DNA of 63,887 nucleotides, the filler included, from Hausera hauseri (Eukaryota), in NCBI GenBank assembly GCA_046269625.1. It is 12 parts of 12 records of this genome, joined end to end, with 100 filler letters (N's around TTAATTAATTAA, not from the genome) between each part and the next. Parts side by side here need not be neighbours in the genome. Positions count along the whole stretch, not along the records: positions 59,900 to 63,887 come from JBJURY010836859.1; 11 more parts are not named here. One strand, 5' to 3'. Of the stretch, positions 60,960 through 63,887 are shown one piece after another. The notes beneath the pieces are model-generated. The model saw only the letters and a program-made list of their open reading frames with translations. It was not told the DNA's origin and searched no databases. Positions within the stretch are counted from its first letter, which is position 1. Each line of letters starts with the position of its first letter. The position numbers were made by a program, and so were the translations under genes.

Positions 60960-61180
60960 CACAATTTGTAGTAGACGATTTGATGGAAATTTTATACAAT
61001 ATTGTTGTGGGTCACGTTGACATTGGTAGTGGAAAGCGCAATTTACTGAAGTATCGAAAACGACCCATTGGCTTTGCCAACGCCCATAGTAAATGACTGA
61101 AACGAGAGGATATGTACCAACAAGACGGCGGATTCCTTGGTGCAATTCTACCGATTATCGCGTAATTACTGGGTGGAAGT
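60960..61180 (+). pseudogene. Small basic Polinton/adintovirus protein ending in Q.GGFL + amphipathic helix
   Basis: L.EILYNIVVGHVDI...K..L.KYRK...QQDGGFLGAILPIIA*LLGG, directly downstream of the ATPase. Confidence 0.6.
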
Positions 61181-61239
61181 ATGGAGAAAATGTGCCTTTT
61201 GGTCCCACCCGGGGGGGGAGTAACCGATAAATCGATTTT

Positions 61240-62510
61240 GCACACGTGCCGATCGATAGTGCACACTGTGCACTATCGATCCATAAACTGCCTAGCAACG
61301 GTGCCGTTGCTAAGGGCACTTTTGCACTTTTTACATATCGATCGCTGCACAGAGCACAATTGATCGAATCGATCGAGGCAAAGTGCTAATCGATAGAGCA
61401 CATCAGGGCGCATCGATTGGTGCACAGTGCAAGTGTGCAGCATATGTGCAAGTGTGCAAAAATCAATAATATTGGATTTTCTAGTTTTCAAAAATCGATC
61501 GTTCGGGCTCGGGACCGGGTGCAGTCGCAAGTGCACTTCATGTTGTATATGAATGTGCATTTAGAATTTAAATTGATTGATTGATTTTCGAATAATTCGC
61601 AAGTGGGCCAGAACCGCCATAGGCCTTCCCGGAACAAATTTTAAATTAATGATATCAAAATGGTACATGTACAGGTGTGTGCAGTAGGCGATGCACTTTC
61701 AATCAGTGCACAATTTAAGTGTGTACTGATTATCGATCGGTGTGCAGGTGCACTTTTTTACTTTACACACTTTTGCAATTGTGCAGCATAGGATTGATTT
61801 AATTGATCGGGAACAAATGCAGTTAGATAGAGCACATTGAGATGCATCTTGATGGATGGTGTGCAGTGCAAAAACATGTGTGCAAGTGTGAAAAAATCAA
61901 TAATTCCGAATTTCCGATAAATCCAATATGGATGACTGGTACCCGTGACCAGGTGAAATCGGAAGCAAACATGATGTAGCATATGAATATGCAGTTAGAA
62001 TTTTAATTTATGGATTAGTTATTGATTAATATCGATAGAAAGTGCAAAATGGTTATTTTTTCAGTGTGTTTTAAGCGTAGGGAAGCAAAATTCGACCCAA
62101 CATTGAGCGGGGACAGATAGGAAATCAAGCATACTGAACTCGAATATCGAGTTGAAAACTCGATATTTGAAGATTTTCGAACACAAAAATCGGAGTTAGA
62201 ACTATTCGAAAAATCTGATGCTGGGAATCGATTCTTCATATTCGAAAACCAACCCTATGCATAAAAATTGCGTCTCGAAAATGTACTATATAGTCATAAA
62301 ATAAATATTTCAAATTAAGCAAACTGTGCATTTAAAGTGCAATGAAGCGGAAATCGATAAATCTTTAAGCGTAGTTGGATAGGAAAGCTGAATCTGAATA
62401 TGAAGTTAGATGAATAATTAGATATTCGAACTCGAACATTCGATGATGTGTGCATAATTCGAAGAATCTGATGTCACCAATTGATTCGTCATGGTCGAAA
62501 ACCTATTCAA
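61240..62510. repeat. Non-coding region of diverged direct repeats rich in GTGCAC/ATCGAT/TTCGAA palindromes
   Basis: 61317-61580 resembles 61750-62015 (GATAGAGCACAT, TGTGCAAGTGTG.AAAAATCAATAAT, ATATGAAT.TGCA.TTAGAATTT). 62070-62250 resembles 62364-62502 (TTAAGCGTAG, TTCGAA.AATCTGATG, TCGAAAACC). Confidence 0.75.
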
Positions 62511-62793
62511 AAATGGCGCGCGCGATAATTTAAATCATTTGATGCATTAAGAAAAACAATAAGTATATCACAAGTTCATGTAATGAAACATTCACTATAT
62601 AATATTCATTGCTGAATTTACCCCACCATTAAAATTATTTCCTGGCCAGTCAAAATTACTATACATACATGTTTTTGTTTTACTGCATCAATTATCAAAA
62701 TTAAAATAAAAATCAATAAAAATAGACAGTGCGCGTTGACATAGCTATATTTTTTATTATTTCCAAATTCAGTTCCACAAATCACTTTCGAGA

Positions 62794-63385
62794 ATGGTAA
62801 GTACTTTCTTATTTGTTGTCGTCAATTAATTTTGTTTTCAGGTGTGCAAATTGTGCAATGAATGTATGGCTCCAATACACGAGCCAGAAACCTGCTACAA
62901 TACCATGAGGATTTATTATGGTCACAAATTCAGTCAAATACTTTATTATATATGCTCTACATGTAACGTAGTGTCCAGGATGGAGTACGAAGAATTCTGC
63001 GTCGTACATAAACGTCACTTGATATCCTTCGTCAAATTGAAGAAACAAATATTCTGCAGCAATATGTCAGAAACGTCAAACGTGCCAAAAAAACAAAATG
63101 TGCAATTCATATATATATTGCACATGCACAACATATAATCCCGACAATTGCCACAAAACCACGAGGATCTATTATGGCCACAAATTCAATCGAATACTTT
63201 ACTTTATATGCCCCGGATGTGAGACTGTATGTCAGGACGAATACATGCAGTTTAATGATGATCATAAGGATCATCTGGCCGACTTTGCATCAAAGTCAAA
63301 GAATATTATATTTAATGAACATAGGCCAGCTGCACAGTTCTCAGTCCAGTCCTCAGTCCCATCCACAAGAGTAAAACGTCCATAA
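62794..63385 (+). CDS. Cys/His-rich tandem-repeat protein (putative Zn-binding) with an ATG-only first exon; frameshifted between repeats
   Basis: ATG|GTAAGT...TTTCAG|GTG, a 45-nt phase-0 intron at 62797-62841. Two repeats of C...T.RIYYGHKF..ILY.IC..C......EY..F...HK.HL..F....K.IF. Confidence 0.6.
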
Positions 63386-63887
63386 GCTCCATCAGGCTCA
63401 ACAACTGTAGCAGTTTCACCAAAAAGCCCAAGATAGAGGCCGGTTAATGCTTAAACATTAAATAAAGAACACAACATAAATGCTGCATTAAGAACACATG
63501 AAGCTGATCCGTGAAGCTGATGAGAGTTAAGAAAAGAAGAGTAGATGGGCTCTAGCAACCATCAAGAGATTGATTATATATGTGCACAAATATTCCCCCA
63601 TGTAAGGCAGCTCATATGTACAGCTTCCGGAATGGATTCGACAGAAAAATGCATGTATCAATGTCCATAACAATGACCACAAATGATTCATGTATGCTAT
63701 TTTATGTCAACTCGTACAGGATCAAAAACATGCAGCAGACCAAATGTGGTTATATAATGATCTCCAACACAACTACGACTGTTAGTGTATCACATTCCCT
63801 CCATCCCTAGATGAAATCAAGAAGTTCAGCCGCATCAACAACATATCCATCAATATCTTTGGATTCGATGAGGAGGAGAAATTCTAC

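Noticed and set aside
61240-62510. CRISPR-like array
   Set aside because: No identical repeats with unique spacers of constant length, and the context is eukaryotic.

Overview
This is not one continuous locus. It is 12 short, AT-rich eukaryotic (probably invertebrate metazoan) contigs joined by identical artificial 100-bp spacers (44 N + TTAATTAATTAA + 44 N), so adjacency across spacers has no biological meaning. Most of the content is decayed mobile DNA: several Ty3/gypsy elements with recognisable LTR/PBS/PPT, a BEL/Pao gag, an RTE 3' insertion, a tRNA-SINE, and Polinton/adintovirus-like remnants (three pPolB pieces, packaging ATPase, GGFL protein, TBP-like ORF). There are also broken host-gene fragments (DYRK1, NOMO, MASK/ANKHD1, SRP72, PET-LIM, PRP8, GGT) and one intact intronless SPT5. 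Four things stand out. (1) An intact CR1/L2-group LINE whose upstream ORF is a complete (+)ssRNA-virus superfamily-1 RNA helicase ending 2 nt before ORF2. (2) A gypsy-type element with a chuvirus-like fusion glycoprotein placed upstream of, and mostly in frame with, protease-RT-RNase H, preceded by a ubiquitin-like ORF. (3) A ubiquitin-like LKGG domain in front of a BEL/Pao gag. (4) Two diverged copies of an unrecognised gene sharing a conserved core domain and conserved upstream hairpins. All family assignments come from motif recognition by eye; no database searches were run.
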